A DNA stretch of 55,789 nt from Paracoccaceae bacterium (GCA_009920815.1 RFZH01000001.1:1-55789), one strand, 5' to 3'. Positions 1-11,155 are shown, counted from the stretch's first letter. Notes: generated by a model from the letters alone, not told the origin. Made by a program: numbers and translations.

Positions 1-136
1 TTAAAATATTTTTGGTATGTAACTTTACAGTTTCTGGCGAAACCTTGATGTCCCGCGCAATTTCATCGCATGTGATACCCGCTGCAAGGTATTCAATTAT
101 TTGGAATTCTCTTTTTGTTAAAATAGGGGCACGCAT
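1..136 (-). CDS. LuxR/GerE-type helix-turn-helix protein; 3' end runs off the window (partial)
   Basis: Hand translation of the minus strand from ATG at 136 gives MRAPILTKREFQIIEYLAAGITCDEIARDIKVSPETVKLHTKNIL..., a GerE-type HTH pattern. An in-frame TAA at 152-154 closes the frame upstream, so the protein starts directly with the HTH. Confidence 0.55.
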   Translation of the reverse strand, partial: MRAPILTKREFQIIEYLAAGITCDEIARDIKVSPETVKLHTKNIL

Positions 137-266
137 TAAAGATTTATTATGTTATAATTTATCATGAAAGCGGTTTTTGATCATCCAGCTGCATTAATTT
201 TGCATCAAACATAAGCATATTGATCATAGACATCGTCTTTTGTGGCTATGAATGCAAAATAATCTG

Positions 267-2192
267 TCAAAACCGAATATATTTTTGCGGAGCGATTGTT
301 TTATGCACACGTTTTAAAAGATTCCCGCACTTCTCTAGTATGTGGGAGCTGCTAAGCTGTGCGTCGATATACATGCTATTGGGATCACCCTGATCGATAA
401 AGCGGTCCGGAATGACCATCGTATCGACAGCTAATCCCGAAGTAAGCAAGGCCTCTTTGACCAAATGGTTCAAAACAATACTGCCAAAGCCACCCATTGC
501 GCCTTGTTCAACAGTGATCAAAGCTTTGTGGTGCGTTGCCAATTGCGTCACCAGATCGGTGTCCAACGGTTTGGCAAAACGCGCATCGGCAACCGTTACG
601 CTGATACCTTGCTCTTCTAAAAGCAGTGCGGTTTCTTTCACTACGTCAAGATGGGCACCAAAGGATAAGATTGCGATATCTGTGCCCTCTTGAACGATCC
701 GCCCTTTCCCAATTTCAAGTATCTCACCGCGTTCGGGCAGCGCTACACCGGTTCCTGATCCGCGCGGATAGCGAAATGAAATTGGACCGTCGTCAAACTC
801 TGCTGCTGTACGAACCATATGCATCAATTCGGCTTCGTCGCTGGCTGCCATGACCGTCATGTTCGGCAAATTTGCAAGATAAGAAATATCAAAAACACCG
901 CCATGGGTTGGACCGTCGGCACCAACCAGCCCCGCCCTATCAATGGCAAAGCGCACTGGCAAATTTTGCAAGGCAACATCGTGAACGATTTGATCATATG
1001 CACGTTGGAGGAATGTTGAATAAATAGCACAGAAAGGCTTTATACCGCTGGCCGCAAGACCCGCGGCAAATGTGACCGCGTGCTGTTCGGCGATGCCGAC
1101 GTCAAACACCCGCTTTGGATATTCCTTTGCCATTATGTCAACGCCCGTACCTGATGGCATGGCCGCTGTTATTGCCACAACTCGGCTGTCGTGTTGCGCT
1201 TCGGCCAGCAGCGATTTTCCAAAGACGCTGGTATAGGATGGTGCATTGGCGGGTGATTTACGTTGAATACCGGTTGAAACATCAAATTTGGAGACGCCAT
1301 GATATTTGTCTGCGGCGTTTTCGGCCGGGGCATAGCCATGGCCTTTTTTGGTACAGACATGGATCAGCGTCGGCCCCGATGCACGGGTTTTTGCGGATCT
1401 TAGAACGGTTAAGAGCTGTCCCATATCATGCCCATCAACAGGCCCTAAATAGTCAAAACCTAGTTCCTCGAACAAGGTTGCTTGACCTTCGGTTCCGGTT
1501 ACCAGTCGCCGCGCGCGTCGGACGCCATCGCGCAGGCTAAAGGGTAAATGATCTTCGATCGTGTCGCCAAATAATTTCAAGTTTTTAAAAATATCAGGGC
1601 CGTGCTGTCCTGATAGATAGGATGACATTGCGCCAACGGGTGGTGCAATAGACATTTCATTGTCGTTTAAAATAACGAACAATCGTTTGTTTTCATGACC
1701 TGCGTTGTTCAAAGCTTCGTATGCCATTCCGGCCGAAATCGACCCGTCCCCAATCACCGCAATGGCATCGCCTGTCGGTTGGCCCAGTTCGCGTGCCATT
1801 GTAAAGCCAAGCGCGGCTGAGATGGAGGTTGAACTATGTGCAGCGCCAAACGGATCATATACGCTTTCGCTGCGTTTGGTAAAACCACTTAGGCCGCCCG
1901 TTTGGCGCAAGGTTTTCATTTTGCTACGCCGACCTGTCAGGATCTTATGTGGATAACATTGGTGCCCAACATCCCAAACCAATTTGTCAAATGGCGTGTT
2001 AAAGACCGCATGCAAGGCAACGGTCAGCTCAACAACACCCAAAGATGATCCCAAATGTCCTCCGGTTTGGGATACGATTTCGATGACGTCATTGCGCAGT
2101 TCTTTTGCTAAAGCATCTAGTTCTGAATCGGTCATCCGCTTTAAATCGGCGGGGCTGTTCACGCGGGACAAAAGATTTTGGTGATCTAACAT
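267..2192 (-). CDS. dxs: 1-deoxy-D-xylulose-5-phosphate synthase
   Basis: 641-aa ORF. It has the thiamine-diphosphate motif [18 protein letters not shown] and a typical DXS N-terminus ([14 protein letters not shown]...[18 protein letters not shown]). It lies at the usual position flanking pufC in Roseobacter-type PGCs. Confidence 0.95.
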   Translation of the reverse strand: MLDHQNLLSRVNSPADLKRMTDSELDALAKELRNDVIEIVSQTGGHLGSSLGVVELTVALHAVFNTPFDKLVWDVGHQCYPHKILTGRRSKMKTLRQTGGLSGFTKRSESVYDPFGAAHSSTSISAALGFTMARELGQPTGDAIAVIGDGSISAGMAYEALNNAGHENKRLFVILNDNEMSIAPPVGAMSSYLSGQHGPDIFKNLKLFGDTIEDHLPFSLRDGVRRARRLVTGTEGQATLFEELGFDYLGPVDGHDMGQLLTVLRSAKTRASGPTLIHVCTKKGHGYAPAENAADKYHGVSKFDVSTGIQRKSPANAPSYTSVFGKSLLAEAQHDSRVVAITAAMPSGTGVDIMAKEYPKRVFDVGIAEQHAVTFAAGLAASGIKPFCAIYSTFLQRAYDQIVHDVALQNLPVRFAIDRAGLVGADGPTHGGVFDISYLANLPNMTVMAASDEAELMHMVRTAAEFDDGPISFRYPRGSGTGVALPERGEILEIGKGRIVQEGTDIAILSFGAHLDVVKETALLLEEQGISVTVADARFAKPLDTDLVTQLATHHKALITVEQGAMGGFGSIVLNHLVKEALLTSGLAVDTMVIPDRFIDQGDPNSMYIDAQLSSSHILEKCGNLLKRVHKTIAPQKYIRF

Positions 2193-2207
2193 GGACAGTG
2201 CCTTTCA

Positions 2208-2249
2208 TAAAAAAGGCGTCGCTTTGCAAAAAATTGCAATCGCGACGCC
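2208..2249 (-). terminator. Rho-independent terminator candidate after pufC, 16-17 nt upstream of the dxs ATG
   Basis: The 8-bp GC stem ggcgtcgc (2215-2222) pairs with gcgacgcc (2242-2249). An inner ttgcaa/ttgcaa pairing surrounds an aaaa loop. On the minus strand it is followed directly by a run of six U (plus-strand A-run 2209-2214). Confidence 0.55.
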
Positions 2250-2345
2250 AGCTCCCGTAGCCAACAGGAAGGGAAAATTTTAAGCTGCCGCCGAGGCGCC
2301 AAGATTGAATGCACGCGATATTATTTTGAACCGCATGCATCCGTT

Positions 2346-3452
2346 TTATTTGTATACCGGCGCACCTGTTGTCGCCAGTTCAGGCCAGTCCTTGATCACG
2401 TTGGTGCCTTGCAATGGTTGCTGATACCCCTTGTGACATGTTTTACATGCCGCTTTTGGTGCATCTCCGTGCACTGGGCCCATCCGAGTATCAGGCAAGA
2501 CATCCCCCAATGGCACCAAGTAATCATTGTTGATTTCTTGAACCATTGCGATACCTTGCGATGCTGTTGACCATTGTGGTGTGACCTGTTCAGGATCATA
2601 GAACGCGCGTGTGTTGTGACACAGCACACAGTTGCGCCCCAATGAATTAGAAAAGTAATTCATCAAGGAATAGGTGCGTTCAGTCTGTTGGATCAACGGA
2701 TCACCTGGTGCATTTTTCACCCGAGATTCCAAATCATGCACGCCAATGCGCTCATAATTCAAAAGATAGGCTTCTAATGCGTTTGATGGCAAAGACGTGT
2801 ATTGGCTCAGTGGCGTCGCGCGGTTTTGAACCGCTGGCCAGCCGGCCGTTGCTTCGTTTACGGGATCAATTTTGAACCAAATTTCCGATGGAACATTCTG
2901 ACCACGATGACAGGTCATGCAGGTCACGCCAACCTGCTTGTTCGCATTGACATGCCCGTCCCAGCCTTCGTTGATGTTTTGGGTCATTTCAATCATGCGA
3001 CGTGCGACCACTTTGGTATAAAGTGTATCTTCGCCATATGTCTCGATGTCCCCGTCGCCGTGACAATATGCACAACCTTGATCAGGGGCGACCCATTCGG
3101 TCATGGCCCCCATCAGGCGGTTAAAATTGTCCTCGGTCACATCACCCAAAACCTGAACATTTGAATAAATGTCTTTGGCCAAGGCTTCGGATCCATCAGG
3201 AATGTAGGGTTCATTTTCGGAAATCAACGCGATATCGGGATCAGGTGTGTCAAGGTCTGAATTAAATTCAGTCATTGACATGCCGATGCCGCGTGGACCT
3301 GTTTGCAAGCTGCTTGTTGCTGCGGGTTGCCCCCACACAACAATCATTATGGCAACAAAGATTGCCCCGCCTAGGATGCCCACCAAGATGGCAGGCCCAT
3401 AGACATTTGTAGGATTTTCTTTGTTCCATACATTAAACCAGTTGGGTAACAT
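2346..3452 (-). CDS. pufC: Photosynthetic reaction-centre tetrahaem cytochrome c subunit
   Basis: 368 aa with an N-terminal TM anchor. Four CxxCH haem motifs are present (CAYCH, CMTCH, CVLCH, CKTCH). It lies directly downstream of pufM. Confidence 0.95.
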   Translation of the reverse strand: MLPNWFNVWNKENPTNVYGPAILVGILGGAIFVAIMIVVWGQPAATSSLQTGPRGIGMSMTEFNSDLDTPDPDIALISENEPYIPDGSEALAKDIYSNVQVLGDVTEDNFNRLMGAMTEWVAPDQGCAYCHGDGDIETYGEDTLYTKVVARRMIEMTQNINEGWDGHVNANKQVGVTCMTCHRGQNVPSEIWFKIDPVNEATAGWPAVQNRATPLSQYTSLPSNALEAYLLNYERIGVHDLESRVKNAPGDPLIQQTERTYSLMNYFSNSLGRNCVLCHNTRAFYDPEQVTPQWSTASQGIAMVQEINNDYLVPLGDVLPDTRMGPVHGDAPKAACKTCHKGYQQPLQGTNVIKDWPELATTGAPVYK

Positions 3453-3453
3453 C

Positions 3454-4440
3454 TTACTTCTCCTGACCTACGAACGCTTCATACGAGCCATAGTTTTCGT
3501 ACCCGTATGACCCATCATACATGGGTGCAAAGCTGTGTTCTTGGGCCCAGATGAACCAGTTGTCGACAACAGTTCCCGTCAGTAAGATACCGATCCCACC
3601 CGTGATGGGGCAAAGAACGGCAAACCACCAAGCCCAGCGGTGAATGCCTTCCATTGTGGCGTTAAAGCCCATGGTCCAGCGCCAAAATAGTGCGGCGCGC
3701 TCAGACGCAGTTCCGCGATCGTAGATTTGCTCTAACTCACGATCCCCACCAAAGCGCGCCACGGCTAGGATGGTTGCACCATGCATCGCAAACAACAGGA
3801 CCGAGCCATACAGGAACACAATCGAAAGTGCGTGGAACGGGTTATAGTACAAGTTGCCATAGCGAATGGAAAAGGCTGTTGTCCAATCCAGATGTGGGAA
3901 AATCCCATATGGTACTGCTTCGGACCAGCTGCCCATCAGAATTGGGCGGAAAAGGCCCAGAACTAGGAACAACCAGATTGCCGCGGCAAAAGCCCATGCC
4001 ACATGTTTGCCCATCTTGTGTTGTTGGGCCAACAGGTAACTGCGTAGCCACCATGTCGATACGGACACCAGCAAAAAGATTGAACTGATGATGTACCAAC
4101 CGCCTTCGTTCAGGGGCGGCATCCGCAAGCCCCATTCAGGACCTGGCGGTTCTAAGGCAAGCCAAAAGAATTGACGCAAGAATTCAGGGATAGACCATCC
4201 AACTTGTGCCAGCATATTCAGGCCAACAATATTGAACCACAAAAGCCCGGTTGCCAGCGCGATCATCCCGGTCCAGCCTAAATAAACAGGGCCAAGCTGT
4301 GCGTTGCCAACCCATCCCGCCAAGGTGGAAAACCACGGCGTTCCGATGCGTTCAGCGGACATATTGTTTTCGTTATCAATTCCCATTTCGGCAGGTCCAC
4401 GGACCTGAACTTGGGTAAATATGTTTTGATATTCAATCAT
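3454..4440 (-). CDS. pufM: Reaction-centre M subunit
   Basis: The ORF track gives 3454-4497. I place the start at the internal ATG at 4440 ([16 protein letters not shown]...), which gives 328 aa and sits 2 nt after the pufL stop. The sequence is typical PufM throughout. Confidence 0.93.
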   Translation of the reverse strand: MIEYQNIFTQVQVRGPAEMGIDNENNMSAERIGTPWFSTLAGWVGNAQLGPVYLGWTGMIALATGLLWFNIVGLNMLAQVGWSIPEFLRQFFWLALEPPGPEWGLRMPPLNEGGWYIISSIFLLVSVSTWWLRSYLLAQQHKMGKHVAWAFAAAIWLFLVLGLFRPILMGSWSEAVPYGIFPHLDWTTAFSIRYGNLYYNPFHALSIVFLYGSVLLFAMHGATILAVARFGGDRELEQIYDRGTASERAALFWRWTMGFNATMEGIHRWAWWFAVLCPITGGIGILLTGTVVDNWFIWAQEHSFAPMYDGSYGYENYGSYEAFVGQEK

Positions 4441-4442
4441 GA

Positions 4443-5282
4443 TCACATCCCCATTTGGCTTGGCCAAATCGGCAGCTCTAACCACCAATTCCACCATTCA
4501 GGCCATCCCTTGGTCCAGACCGGCCCAGAGATGATGATGCACACCGCTGAAAAGAATACAGCGTTGATTGCCAATAAAAACCCCAATCTATGGATGCCAA
4601 GCGTCCCGATAGAGTAGCCAATGTAATCACGGAAAAACGTGTCTTCGTGATCTGGTCCCAGGGCGTCTTCGCCGTCTTCTGGATTGGCCGCACTTAAGAT
4701 CAGGGCACCATGCAGCGCCAAAGCAAGTGTGGTTGTAAAGAACAATGTAACCGCCAGCATATGCGCAGGGTTATAATGAAAGTGCAGATAGGCGTAGCCA
4801 GTGTTGCTAACCCAATCTAGGTGGCTAAAGATTCCATATGGAAACCCGTGCCCCCATGCGCCCATCAAAAGTGGGCGAAAAATGACCAAGGTCATATATG
4901 CCAAAATTGCAAAACTAAAGGCAAATGGAACGTGATATCCCATGCCTAATTTGCGGCAAATTTCGACTTCTCTTAATGCCCAGCTGATAAATGCACCTGT
5001 TGCACAAATCGTTATGATTTGCCACAAACCGCCCTCTAACAAGGGCGCAAGAGCCAATCCATAACTAATGTCAGGTGGGGCGATGTTGATCAACCAGGGA
5101 TTAAATGTCCCTTGTTGGCTCGCACCCCAAAAAATTAGGATTGTTCCCAAAAGTGCAAAGAACGCTGTCGTTACGCCAAAAAATCCGACGTAAAAAGGCC
5201 CTACCCAAAAGTCGAACAAATCACCGCCTATGAGTGTGCCACCTCGGACACGATATTTTCTTTCGAAACTCAGCAATGCCAT
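4443..5282 (-). CDS. pufL: Reaction-centre L subunit
   Basis: 279 aa starting [36 protein letters not shown]..., the canonical PufL N-terminus and length. Confidence 0.96.
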   Translation of the reverse strand: MALLSFERKYRVRGGTLIGGDLFDFWVGPFYVGFFGVTTAFFALLGTILIFWGASQQGTFNPWLINIAPPDISYGLALAPLLEGGLWQIITICATGAFISWALREVEICRKLGMGYHVPFAFSFAILAYMTLVIFRPLLMGAWGHGFPYGIFSHLDWVSNTGYAYLHFHYNPAHMLAVTLFFTTTLALALHGALILSAANPEDGEDALGPDHEDTFFRDYIGYSIGTLGIHRLGFLLAINAVFFSAVCIIISGPVWTKGWPEWWNWWLELPIWPSQMGM

Positions 5283-5340
5283 CGTTTGTCTCCGTTGAAT
5301 TCAGCCGATACTTTGTTTGCAAGGCCGTTTTGTTCTTGGG

Positions 5341-5375
5341 TTCTGCGGGCGAAAATGAAATCGCCGCCCGCAGAA
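5341..5375 (-). promoter_or_regulatory. pufA-pufL intercistronic stem-loop (mRNA decay barrier / partial terminator type)
   Basis: A perfect 11-bp inverted repeat, ttctgcgggcg (5341-5351) and cgcccgcagaa (5365-5375), with a 13-nt loop. It lies between the pufA stop (5407) and the pufL start (5282). Confidence 0.7.
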
Positions 5376-5406
5376 TTTGTGTCACTCATCCGAGTGGGTA
5401 CGCAGA

Positions 5407-5568
5407 TTACCCGCCAGCCTTTTGAGCTGCCAATTCGAACCAGTTGTAATGTTCAGTGCTCAGCAGAACGAGATGAATCATTGCTGCTAGCAAGAAGAGA
5501 AAAACGCCTTGTGCGACAAACACACGACGTGGATCGAAAACGAGCCAGATTTTATAAAATTTTGCCAT
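5407..5568 (-). CDS. pufA: Light-harvesting 1 alpha polypeptide
   Basis: Not in the ORF track because it is under 60 aa. Hand translation gives [53 protein letters not shown] (53 aa). It has the BChl-ligand His in AAMIHL and starts 13 nt after the pufB stop. Confidence 0.93.
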   Translation of the reverse strand: MAKFYKIWLVFDPRRVFVAQGVFLFLLAAMIHLVLLSTEHYNWFELAAQKAGG

Positions 5569-5581
5569 TTTCTAATCCTCC

Positions 5582-5731
5582 TCAGAACCATGGACGCCAG
5601 ATGAAGACAGCCAAATGAGCAACGACAGCGATGGTTACGAATAACCATAGCCCGCTCATGTAAACTGAATGCAGTTCTTGCGCTTGTTCGTCAGTTAGAC
5701 CTGTGAAAGACAGATCGCTTTTTCCAGCCAT
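5582..5731 (-). CDS. pufB: Light-harvesting 1 beta polypeptide
   Basis: The track ORF 5582-5797 is over-extended. The internal ATG at 5731 gives [49 protein letters not shown] (49 aa), a canonical LH1 beta with His in VVAHLAV. Confidence 0.93.
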   Translation of the reverse strand: MAGKSDLSFTGLTDEQAQELHSVYMSGLWLFVTIAVVAHLAVFIWRPWF

Positions 5732-5758
5732 GAAATTTCCTCCGGAATGTTTCGTGGC

Positions 5759-5858
5759 GCCGCAGTGCCCCTGCGGCCGGGTTCCCCAGAAATCCACCTC
5801 TGAGGAGCCTGTTCTGCCTATGGCAGAGCAGTCCTTGATTCTCGGCGATTAAGCCGAG
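5759..5858 (-). promoter_or_regulatory. Cluster of stem-loops in the pufQ-pufB intercistronic region (pufB 5' UTR)
   Basis: Three hairpins are readable. Hairpin 1 is gccgcag/ctgcggc at 5759-5777 (7 bp, 5-nt loop). Hairpin 2 is ctgttctgcc/ggcagagcag at 5809-5831 (10 bp with one mismatch, 3-nt loop). Hairpin 3 is ctcggc/gccgag at 5841-5858 and spans the pufQ stop. Confidence 0.55.
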
Positions 5859-6070
5859 AAAATTACGGGCGTGATCCGATGCGCTTCAAGCCATGCGCGC
5901 GCCAAAGGACCATTGATTAGCAAACTTTTTGTCCGATACAGATCGATGACCCACTGCACCGCCGCAAAGGGGATCGCACAGATGAAAATTAGCGTGAAAA
6001 ACACGATATATTCGATCGATCTGCTGGACTGTCTTTTGAGTTTTTGATGTGAATGTGTTACGTCAGTCAT
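5849..6070 (-). CDS. pufQ: PufQ (BChl-synthesis/assembly factor encoded upstream of pufB)
   Basis: 73 aa with a single central TM segment (IEYIVFFTLIFICAIPFAAVQWVI). Its position between bchZ and pufB is diagnostic. Confidence 0.8.
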   Translation of the reverse strand: MTDVTHSHQKLKRQSSRSIEYIVFFTLIFICAIPFAAVQWVIDLYRTKSLLINGPLARAWLEAHRITPVIFSA

Positions 6071-6083
6071 TCATCTATCCTCC

Positions 6084-7547
6084 CTAAGGTGTTGCGCCGC
6101 TGTTTGAATGAACAGCAGTCAAAGTTGCCATCGCCACGCTGTCATGCCCTGCGCGAAGTGTTTCGGCTTCGGCGGCGTCACGCAGACGTTTTGCGGCTGA
6201 TATGCGTGTTAAAATTGGATGTGACGCGATAATGCGATCAAATTCCTTTTGTGCCTCTGGATCCCATTCTAGGTCCCGTTTCAGAACTGCAGGTGTTGCA
6301 GGCGCCGCGTCCATGTCGCTGGCCAGCGGTAGAATGTGGAACAGCGAGTCAAATAAACCATTGCACAATTCTTGCAGAATATAGGTTGCGCCCGCGTATC
6401 CCATCATCGGCGTGCCCGTAGCGCGCCGAATGACGGCACCAGGGAACGACGCAGGAATAAAGGATGGCTGCGGCCCATGCGTTGATTTCAATTCAGCCAA
6501 ATACATTTTTTCATTGACCGATCCAAACACGACCAAGGGTCTGTGTGTCGCAATCATGCTACGCACTTCTTGATTATTGGTCTTTGAACCTGCGACGCGG
6601 CTAACCGCAAAGGCACATGGAAATCCAAGATCGTTTTCAAGATAATTTCGGATACCACGCGCGTAGGTATCATTCGCCACAATCGCAAAATCTGCTGTGC
6701 CAAAGAAATCTTGCGTCACGGACCGCCACAAATCCCAAACAGGCTTTAGCGTCGAATGTTTTTCTTTTTCGATGAACGGTTCTGGATCAAGGCCCAGCAA
6801 TTCGCCAAGACTGCGCAAAAACTTGGTCGTGCTGTCCATGCCGATCGGCGCTTGTAGGTAAGGTTTGCCAAGGACCTCGGATAGGCCGCGGCCAAATTCG
6901 CGGTACATACAGATATTCACATCCGCGTTCACCAGATTACGCATTTCAGCGATATGCGCGCCCAAAGGCATGACCATATTCACCTCTGCGCCGATCCCTT
7001 CGACAAGCCGTCTAATTTCGGCCAGATCACTCGGCATGTTAAAGGTGCCATACATCGGGCCCAGGATGTTAACGCGTGGTTTGGCACCCTCTTCGCGTTT
7101 CTTTTCGGGCGGCATACGGCCTTTGGTCATACCAAATTCAGAAAAGATCCACGTCATCGCCCGATCTGCCGATTGCCACTGATCTTCGTCGATGGTGCGG
7201 GGCAGAAACCGTTGAATTGTTGTGCCTTGCGGCGTGACGCCGCCGCCGATCATCTCAGCGATGGACCCTGTAACAACGACCGAGGGCAATGCCGGGTCTA
7301 GGGTATCCCAAGCACGTTTCATCGCGCCCTCGGTCCCATCTCGGCCAAGCTCTTCTTCGCCAAGACCCGTGACCACAATTGGCAATTCATGCGGGGGCAG
7401 TGCATCGGTGTAATGCAACACGGACGTCACGGGCAGGTTTTCACATCCGACGGGGCCATCAATGACGACCTGTAATCCCTTAACCGCGCAAAACGCATAA
7501 ACGGCACCCCAGTATCCGCCCGCCCGATCATGATCTAGAACAAACAT
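6084..7547 (-). CDS. bchZ: Chlorophyllide a reductase subunit Z
   Basis: 487 aa, a nitrogenase-like BchB/NifK-type paralog. The order bchXYZ is conserved, and its start shares 1 nt with the bchY stop (TGATG). Confidence 0.93.
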   Translation of the reverse strand: MFVLDHDRAGGYWGAVYAFCAVKGLQVVIDGPVGCENLPVTSVLHYTDALPPHELPIVVTGLGEEELGRDGTEGAMKRAWDTLDPALPSVVVTGSIAEMIGGGVTPQGTTIQRFLPRTIDEDQWQSADRAMTWIFSEFGMTKGRMPPEKKREEGAKPRVNILGPMYGTFNMPSDLAEIRRLVEGIGAEVNMVMPLGAHIAEMRNLVNADVNICMYREFGRGLSEVLGKPYLQAPIGMDSTTKFLRSLGELLGLDPEPFIEKEKHSTLKPVWDLWRSVTQDFFGTADFAIVANDTYARGIRNYLENDLGFPCAFAVSRVAGSKTNNQEVRSMIATHRPLVVFGSVNEKMYLAELKSTHGPQPSFIPASFPGAVIRRATGTPMMGYAGATYILQELCNGLFDSLFHILPLASDMDAAPATPAVLKRDLEWDPEAQKEFDRIIASHPILTRISAAKRLRDAAEAETLRAGHDSVAMATLTAVHSNSGATP

Positions 7548-9115
7548 CAGATCATCTCCTGTGCTTTGGCGACGCGGGCCGCTTTTTCAATTTTCTTTTG
7601 ATTTTGTGCACGGAAATCAGGGCGTAGATTTGGGGTACCTTCCCAAATTCCCGCCGTGTCGTGGGTGCCGACATCCGTAAAGAATGACTGCATTTTTGAC
7701 ATGCGGTCGGTGTTTTGAATGGCAGTGTTGATAACCTGTGCCAAGCTGCCCGCCCCTGCAGGGCCCATCAAAGGTCGTGCTGAAACTAGGTTCGTGAAAT
7801 AAAGGGCTGCACCGCCCTTTTGTTTGACCGCTTGGACCAATGGCGTCGTGCCAATCGCCAGATCAGGTTTGAACGCATCAACAGCGGCAAGGTCATCCTC
7901 AAGCGAGGCACGGAATTTCACCACAGTCCCCTTGGCATTTAGCCATTCAAGGTCGTCTTTTGACATTGGTGTTTTGGGGCAAGCGGTTCCAACATAAGGC
8001 ACTTCTGCCCCGCTTTCGATCAATAGGCGCGCGACCAATAATTCGCTGCCTTCGTATCCTGACACAGTGATGCGCCCGTTGATCTGATTTGTGGCCAAGG
8101 CGCCTTTGATTGCTGGTAAAAACGCGTTTTGCGCCGCAGAGATTTGTTCCGCAGACACGTTGAACGCCTCGCCGATATTTTTCAGCCATTTGGCCGTGCC
8201 ATCATAACCAACAGGCGCGCTGCCAATAGCGGGGCGTCCGGCCGCGTTAAATTCACGCAATGTCGCGGTGTAGAATGGATGAATGGCAGCCACCGCGCCA
8301 CAATCAAGGGCCGCATACATTTCGCGCCATTCCCGTGCGGGCAAAACCGGTCCTGCGGCCAATCCCATCGGGGCCAACATCCCGCCAATCACCATAGGAT
8401 CAGCGGGGAACATTTCCCCCAAAAGTGCGACCGTAGGGCGGTCATTCTTGCCGCCGACAGGGGCCTGGACAGGGCCTGCCTCGGCCTCTTGGCGGGCGAA
8501 ATTCAACATCGCACCGGCCAAAATATCTTTGGCTTCGGCATGGGTTGGAACACCAAAGCCAGGGACATCAATCCCAATGATGCGCACGCCGTTAATTTCG
8601 TTTGGCAACAACCGCAGCGGAACGCCGCTGGCGGTTGGGACGCATAGGTTTGTCACCACGATCGCGTCATAATGTTCAGGGTCGGCAAGGTCATGAACGG
8701 CATCGCGAATGTCTTCGAACAGCTTACCGGTGACCAAGGATTCTGAGTCAAAAGGCACATAGCCCACAGACCGTCGCGCCCCGTAAAAGTGGCTGATAAA
8801 GCTTAGGCCATAGACACAACAGGCCGATCCCGACAACACGGTCGCAACACGGCGCATCCGTAACCCAACGCGCAATGATCCAAATGCAGGGCACATGGAT
8901 TGTGGTTTGTCATGGGGTCCAACAGGGTAATCTTGGGCATATTTTTCCAAGATCGCGGCATTTTCGTCGGATGCCATGCCCGCATGTTTCAGTGTTTCAG
9001 ATTGGCATGCAACGCCATCCGTCGCAGGCGCAACGCCCGCCGTTGGTGCATCGTCAGGATGACCCGTCATCACATCGACCTGTGCGGTGGTGTCATATGT
9101 GATTTCGTTGCTCAT
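7547..9115 (-). CDS. bchY: Chlorophyllide a reductase subunit Y
   Basis: 522 aa, a BchN/NifD-like paralog between bchX and bchZ. The start abuts the bchX stop. Confidence 0.93.
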   Translation of the reverse strand: MSNEITYDTTAQVDVMTGHPDDAPTAGVAPATDGVACQSETLKHAGMASDENAAILEKYAQDYPVGPHDKPQSMCPAFGSLRVGLRMRRVATVLSGSACCVYGLSFISHFYGARRSVGYVPFDSESLVTGKLFEDIRDAVHDLADPEHYDAIVVTNLCVPTASGVPLRLLPNEINGVRIIGIDVPGFGVPTHAEAKDILAGAMLNFARQEAEAGPVQAPVGGKNDRPTVALLGEMFPADPMVIGGMLAPMGLAAGPVLPAREWREMYAALDCGAVAAIHPFYTATLREFNAAGRPAIGSAPVGYDGTAKWLKNIGEAFNVSAEQISAAQNAFLPAIKGALATNQINGRITVSGYEGSELLVARLLIESGAEVPYVGTACPKTPMSKDDLEWLNAKGTVVKFRASLEDDLAAVDAFKPDLAIGTTPLVQAVKQKGGAALYFTNLVSARPLMGPAGAGSLAQVINTAIQNTDRMSKMQSFFTDVGTHDTAGIWEGTPNLRPDFRAQNQKKIEKAARVAKAQEMI

Positions 9116-10129
9116 CTATACCTCGTCATAAATGACTTCTAGGGATGCTTTTGTGGCGATGTTTTTGCCGCGCATATCCGCATCGGTCGCGGGTACGAGG
9201 ACAAAGTCCCCACCGGTGTCCTTGCTATCAAACAGGGCCAATAACCCGTCTTGGTCCAACGGTGCCGGGCGTATCGGCGGGGCATCGGCCACGGCGATTG
9301 CCAATTGTTCAAACAAGGCGCCCCATTGGCTTTGTGATGTGCCGACAATCTGATAGTTTGCGGATTTTTTGCGCAGATCGTCATCTTGGGGGATCGCCGC
9401 AAGAACCGGAATGTTCGCAGCCTTGGCAAATGCCGCGGCTTCGCCCGTGCCGTCATCTTTGTTGATCACAAGTCCCGCAACACCAACGTTTCCGCCCAGC
9501 TTGCGGAAATATTCGACCGCTGAACAAACGTTGTTTGCCACGTAAAGCGATTGTAAATCGTTTGATCCCACCAAGATCACTTTTTGTGCCATGTCGCGGG
9601 CAATGGGCAGGCCAAAGCCACCACAGACAACGTCACCCAGAAAATCCAACAGAACATAATCAAAGTCCCAATCATGGAACCCAAGTTTTTCCAGCAATTC
9701 AAATCCGTGAATGATGCCGCGCCCACCACAGCCACGACCGACCTCTGGCCCGCCCAGTTCCATGGCGAAAACACCGCCACGTTTGAAACAGACATCACCA
9801 ATCTGCACCTCTTCGCCGGCCAATTTTTTGCGCGTCGAGGTTTCGATGATCGTTGGACAGGCTTTTCCACCAAATAGTAACGATGTGGTATCAGATTTGG
9901 GATCACAGCCGATCAAAAGAACGCGTTTGCCCATTTCTGCCATCATGTGAGACAGGTTTGCCAAGGTAAATGATTTACCGATACCGCCCTTGCCATAGAT
10001 GGCAATAATCTGGGTTTTTCGTGTTGGACTATCGTTTTGTTCAAGCGCTTGGATATCGGCCAGATCCATATTGGCTTCGTCCCGCAGGCGTTGTGTATAA
10101 TCTTTTAGATTAGGAACGTCGTCTTTCAT
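9116..10129 (-). CDS. bchX: Chlorophyllide a reductase iron protein subunit X
   Basis: NifH/BchL-like with P-loop YGKGGIGKS and the cluster cysteines CGGRG and VVCGGF. I prefer the ATG at 10129 (ATGA overlap with the bchC stop) over the TTG at 10144 used by the track. Confidence 0.93.
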   Translation of the reverse strand: MKDDVPNLKDYTQRLRDEANMDLADIQALEQNDSPTRKTQIIAIYGKGGIGKSFTLANLSHMMAEMGKRVLLIGCDPKSDTTSLLFGGKACPTIIETSTRKKLAGEEVQIGDVCFKRGGVFAMELGGPEVGRGCGGRGIIHGFELLEKLGFHDWDFDYVLLDFLGDVVCGGFGLPIARDMAQKVILVGSNDLQSLYVANNVCSAVEYFRKLGGNVGVAGLVINKDDGTGEAAAFAKAANIPVLAAIPQDDDLRKKSANYQIVGTSQSQWGALFEQLAIAVADAPPIRPAPLDQDGLLALFDSKDTGGDFVLVPATDADMRGKNIATKASLEVIYDEV

Positions 10130-11067
10130 TGTAGCGTCCTCCAATCAAGAACCATTTTGCAGCATTCTGGGTTTTCAAACGCGTCGATATACGCTTGGGC
10201 GGCTGTGTGTGCCGGCGCACGGTGGGTTATTAAGTCATCCAATGATAAGTGCCCTTCGTGAACCAAGGCGGTGATTGCCGCCATATCGGTTTGTTTCCAT
10301 TCGGCCGCGACGCGGAGTTTGATTTCGCGCATAAACGCAAAGGGAAAGGCAAAGTTGATGCGATCCGCATAAAACCCTGCCAACACAATCTCTGCACCCT
10401 GTCCGCAGCATTGGATCCATTGATCCATCACGTCGGTGTTTCCCGAGGCGTCATAGATGGATGTATAGTTTTTGCGTTCATCTTGGTCAGGGTGGATCAC
10501 CTGATATCCTTGTGCGCCTGCCATGCGGGTCGGGTTAATTTCCCAAACGGTGGGGGGAGGGCCACCTGCCGCGATTGTTAAGCGTGCTAACAGGCGCCCA
10601 AGGATACCATGTCCGATGATTAATTCTGGCAATCGCGCATCCATCCCCGCCAATGCGTGTCGCGCGGTTGCAGCCAAAGCAAACAATGTGCCGCGGTCTG
10701 CTAAATTGGGGTCTATTTTTGATACACGACTTGCTTGGGTTACCAAGGTGCCTGCCGAACCACCAAACAAGCCTTTTGCATCCACAAAAGAATTTGAACC
10801 CGGTACAAAAACAAAATCACCGATCTTGTGGCCTGATCCCTTTGGGGCATCTACGATTTCGCCGACGGCTTCATAGCCGGGCACGAGTGGATAGCCCAAT
10901 CCGGGAAACGGGGGCATTGATCCTGACCATAACAGCTTTTCGGTACCGGTTGAGATTCCAGAATGGTGAACACATACGACGACGTCACCTTCTGTCGGAT
11001 CTTTCAGGCCGATTTCACGCAGAGTCAGCTGCCTTGGTCCCTCTAATATAACCGCGGAGGTATGCAT
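10126..11067 (-). CDS. bchC: 3-hydroxyethyl bacteriochlorophyllide a dehydrogenase
   Basis: Zn-alcohol-dehydrogenase-like, at the conserved position ahead of bchXYZ. I prefer the start at ATG 11067 (MHTSAVILEG), which is preceded by GGGAG. ATG 11079 is the alternative. Confidence 0.9.
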   Translation of the reverse strand: MHTSAVILEGPRQLTLREIGLKDPTEGDVVVCVHHSGISTGTEKLLWSGSMPPFPGLGYPLVPGYEAVGEIVDAPKGSGHKIGDFVFVPGSNSFVDAKGLFGGSAGTLVTQASRVSKIDPNLADRGTLFALAATARHALAGMDARLPELIIGHGILGRLLARLTIAAGGPPPTVWEINPTRMAGAQGYQVIHPDQDERKNYTSIYDASGNTDVMDQWIQCCGQGAEIVLAGFYADRINFAFPFAFMREIKLRVAAEWKQTDMAAITALVHEGHLSLDDLITHRAPAHTAAQAYIDAFENPECCKMVLDWRTLQ

Positions 11068-11111
11068 GATTGCTCCCATGTGAATGCCGCGTTACAGAGT
11101 CGCGGCTTTAC

Positions 11112-11155
11112 TGTTAGTTTAACCTGACATTTCAAACTGTCAATTTTTTTTGACA
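11112..11155. promoter_or_regulatory. Two PpsR/CrtJ-type operators (TGT-N12-ACA) 8 bp apart, upstream of bchC
   Basis: tgttagtttaacctgaca (11112-11129) and tgtcaattttttttgaca (11138-11155) are both perfect TGT-N12-ACA sites. They are separated by 8 bp, the same architecture as the classical bchC promoter of Rhodobacter. The second site ends at the crtF stop codon. Confidence 0.8.

Noticed and set aside
4441-4497. N-terminal extensions in the ORF track (pufM to 4497, pufB to 5797, bchH to 35443, crtA from 18564, bchI from 19450, pxpB from 49334, bciE to 27026)
   Set aside because: The extensions overlap the preceding gene and add non-conserved sequence. Internal ATGs give canonical N-termini and normal lengths, often with SD or start/stop coupling.
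5286-5618. 110-aa plus-strand ORF covering the pufL-pufB spacer
   Set aside because: The region is fully explained by pufA on the minus strand (hand-translated canonical LH1 alpha) and the intercistronic hairpin.
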